Origin: Deltaproteobacteria bacterium
GTDB lineage: Bacteria; Desulfobacterota; Desulfobacteria; Desulfobacterales; JAHEIW01
Reading direction: 5' to 3'
Assembly: GCA_024639185.1 (NCBI GenBank)
Contig: JAHEIW010000002.1
Coordinates: 2,842-66,841 of the forward strand
Length of the DNA: 64,000 nt
Below are positions 63,359 to 64,000 of this stretch, piece after piece. Each line of letters opens with the position of its first letter. Position 1 is the first letter of the stretch. The translations under genes and the position numbers were made by a program. The notes under the pieces are model-generated. The model searched no databases. It was given only the letters and a program-made list of their open reading frames with translations, and was not told where the DNA came from.

Positions 63359-63829
63359 ATGGCAAAAAGTCATAAAATCGTCATTGTCGATGATAATACC
63401 GACTTCCTTTTTACCATGCATACCTTTCTAAGAAGAAATGGCTTCGTAGTATTCACTGCCGATGATGGTCAAAAAGGAATAAAATTAATCCGTAAAGAAC
63501 GGCCCGACGTGATCCTGTTGGATATCATGATGGAAACCTTGTTTTCTGGATTTGAGGTTTTTATGCAGATACGGTCCGATAATGCGCTGAAGAATATTCC
63601 GATTATTGGTATTTCCGCCATGAGAGATGCATTGGACATCGACTACAGCCAATGGCCGGATTATGAGTATTTCAGTCCGGACACATTTTTAGATAAACCC
63701 GTTGACAGACAACGATTGCTGCGGATGATTCCGGAAGTGATCCGAAAAGCCAAAAAGCGTAAACGCCGGCCAAAATGGCAAAAGAAAATGGAACAGGATT
63801 GGGCGAACAAGGCTTCCCAATCGCAGTGA
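63359..63829 (+). CDS. Single-domain response regulator with a basic C-terminal tail
   Basis: KIVIVDDNTDF...VILLDIMME...IIGISA...FLDKP. RBS GGAGA lies before the ATG at 63359. The tail is KAKKRKRRPKWQKK. Confidence 0.85.
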   Translation: MAKSHKIVIVDDNTDFLFTMHTFLRRNGFVVFTADDGQKGIKLIRKERPDVILLDIMMETLFSGFEVFMQIRSDNALKNIPIIGISAMRDALDIDYSQWPDYEYFSPDTFLDKPVDRQRLLRMIPEVIRKAKKRKRRPKWQKKMEQDWANKASQSQ

Positions 63830-63956
63830 TGCGCATCGCATGCCCCGCCAGCATTCCTATCGCTATGCCCTCCTGAAATAAGCAGAATTCCCTTTTCCTT
63901 CTTTATTCATTCCGTCGTAAAACAATCTAAGCTGAAGCCATAAGAGGATTTTGAGA

Positions 63957-64000
63957 TGCATCCAATTTATCTGTTGGCTGCTGGTTTTCGAAAATCTTCA
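63957..64000 (+). CDS. Start of an unidentified ORF running off the window
   Basis: ATG at 63957 is preceded by AAGAGGA. Only 14 codons are visible (MHPIYLLAAGFRKS). Confidence 0.2.

Noticed and set aside
1-64000. Scan for rRNA, tRNA, CRISPR arrays, transposases, integrases, phage genes and classic defence systems
   Set aside because: I saw no cloverleaf-like or rRNA-like conserved segments, no regularly spaced direct repeats, and no ORFs with DDE, tyrosine or serine recombinase or nuclease/helicase defence signatures. The accessory character here is metabolic and regulatory, not mobile.

Overview
Read by eye without BLAST or HMM tools, so family and DUF names are from memory. The window looks like a chromosomal segment of a sulfate-reducer-type Desulfobacterota (deltaproteobacterium). 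That assignment is inferred from gene content: Hdr/MvhD modules, cooS, a selenocysteine codon and heavy sigma-54 usage.

Positions 1-11.7 kb are a conserved housekeeping block. The minus strand carries rapZ (partial), ptsN, hpf, rpoN, lptB, lptA and lptC. The plus strand carries an M23 peptidase, thpR, recA and alaS.

Positions 11.9-64 kb are an accessory-like redox and signalling region. It holds:
- a 753-aa orphan ORF;
- USP, CBS, lipoyl-domain and Mrp/NBP35 genes;
- an MFS transporter;
- a decayed corrinoid module (cobO remnant, DUF1638-like gene, methyltransferase);
- a DUF5320-like/DksA-like/GT5-like operon;
- a CobW-type GTPase with a long N-terminal extension;
- an operon of a small protein, a Trp-rich membrane protein and a Tat-exported MBL-fold protein;
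- an orphan cooS operon;
- a Cache histidine kinase with an NtrC-type activator;
- an HdrD/GlpC-like gene with an in-frame UGA plus downstream hairpin (a selenoprotein candidate);
- a large hdr-like operon, followed by a sensor cluster with no DNA-binding output.

The hdr-like operon reads REC, HdrL-type HdrA with a GltD-like insert, MvhD, FrhB-like protein, tandem HdrA with an embedded CheY-like receiver domain, HdrC, HdrB.

Most notable findings:
1. An intact receiver domain sits inside an HdrA-like flavoprotein.
2. Eight near-consensus sigma-54 promoters lie between 18.5 and 47 kb.
3. Seven of those promoters carry a CG-centred AT-rich palindrome (core ATTTCGAAAT) about 96-123 bp upstream of the -24 GG, and five have it at 120-123 bp.
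4. The layout suggests a two-tier sigma-54 cascade ending at the hdr operon.

I recognised no rRNA, tRNA, CRISPR array, transposase or integrase.
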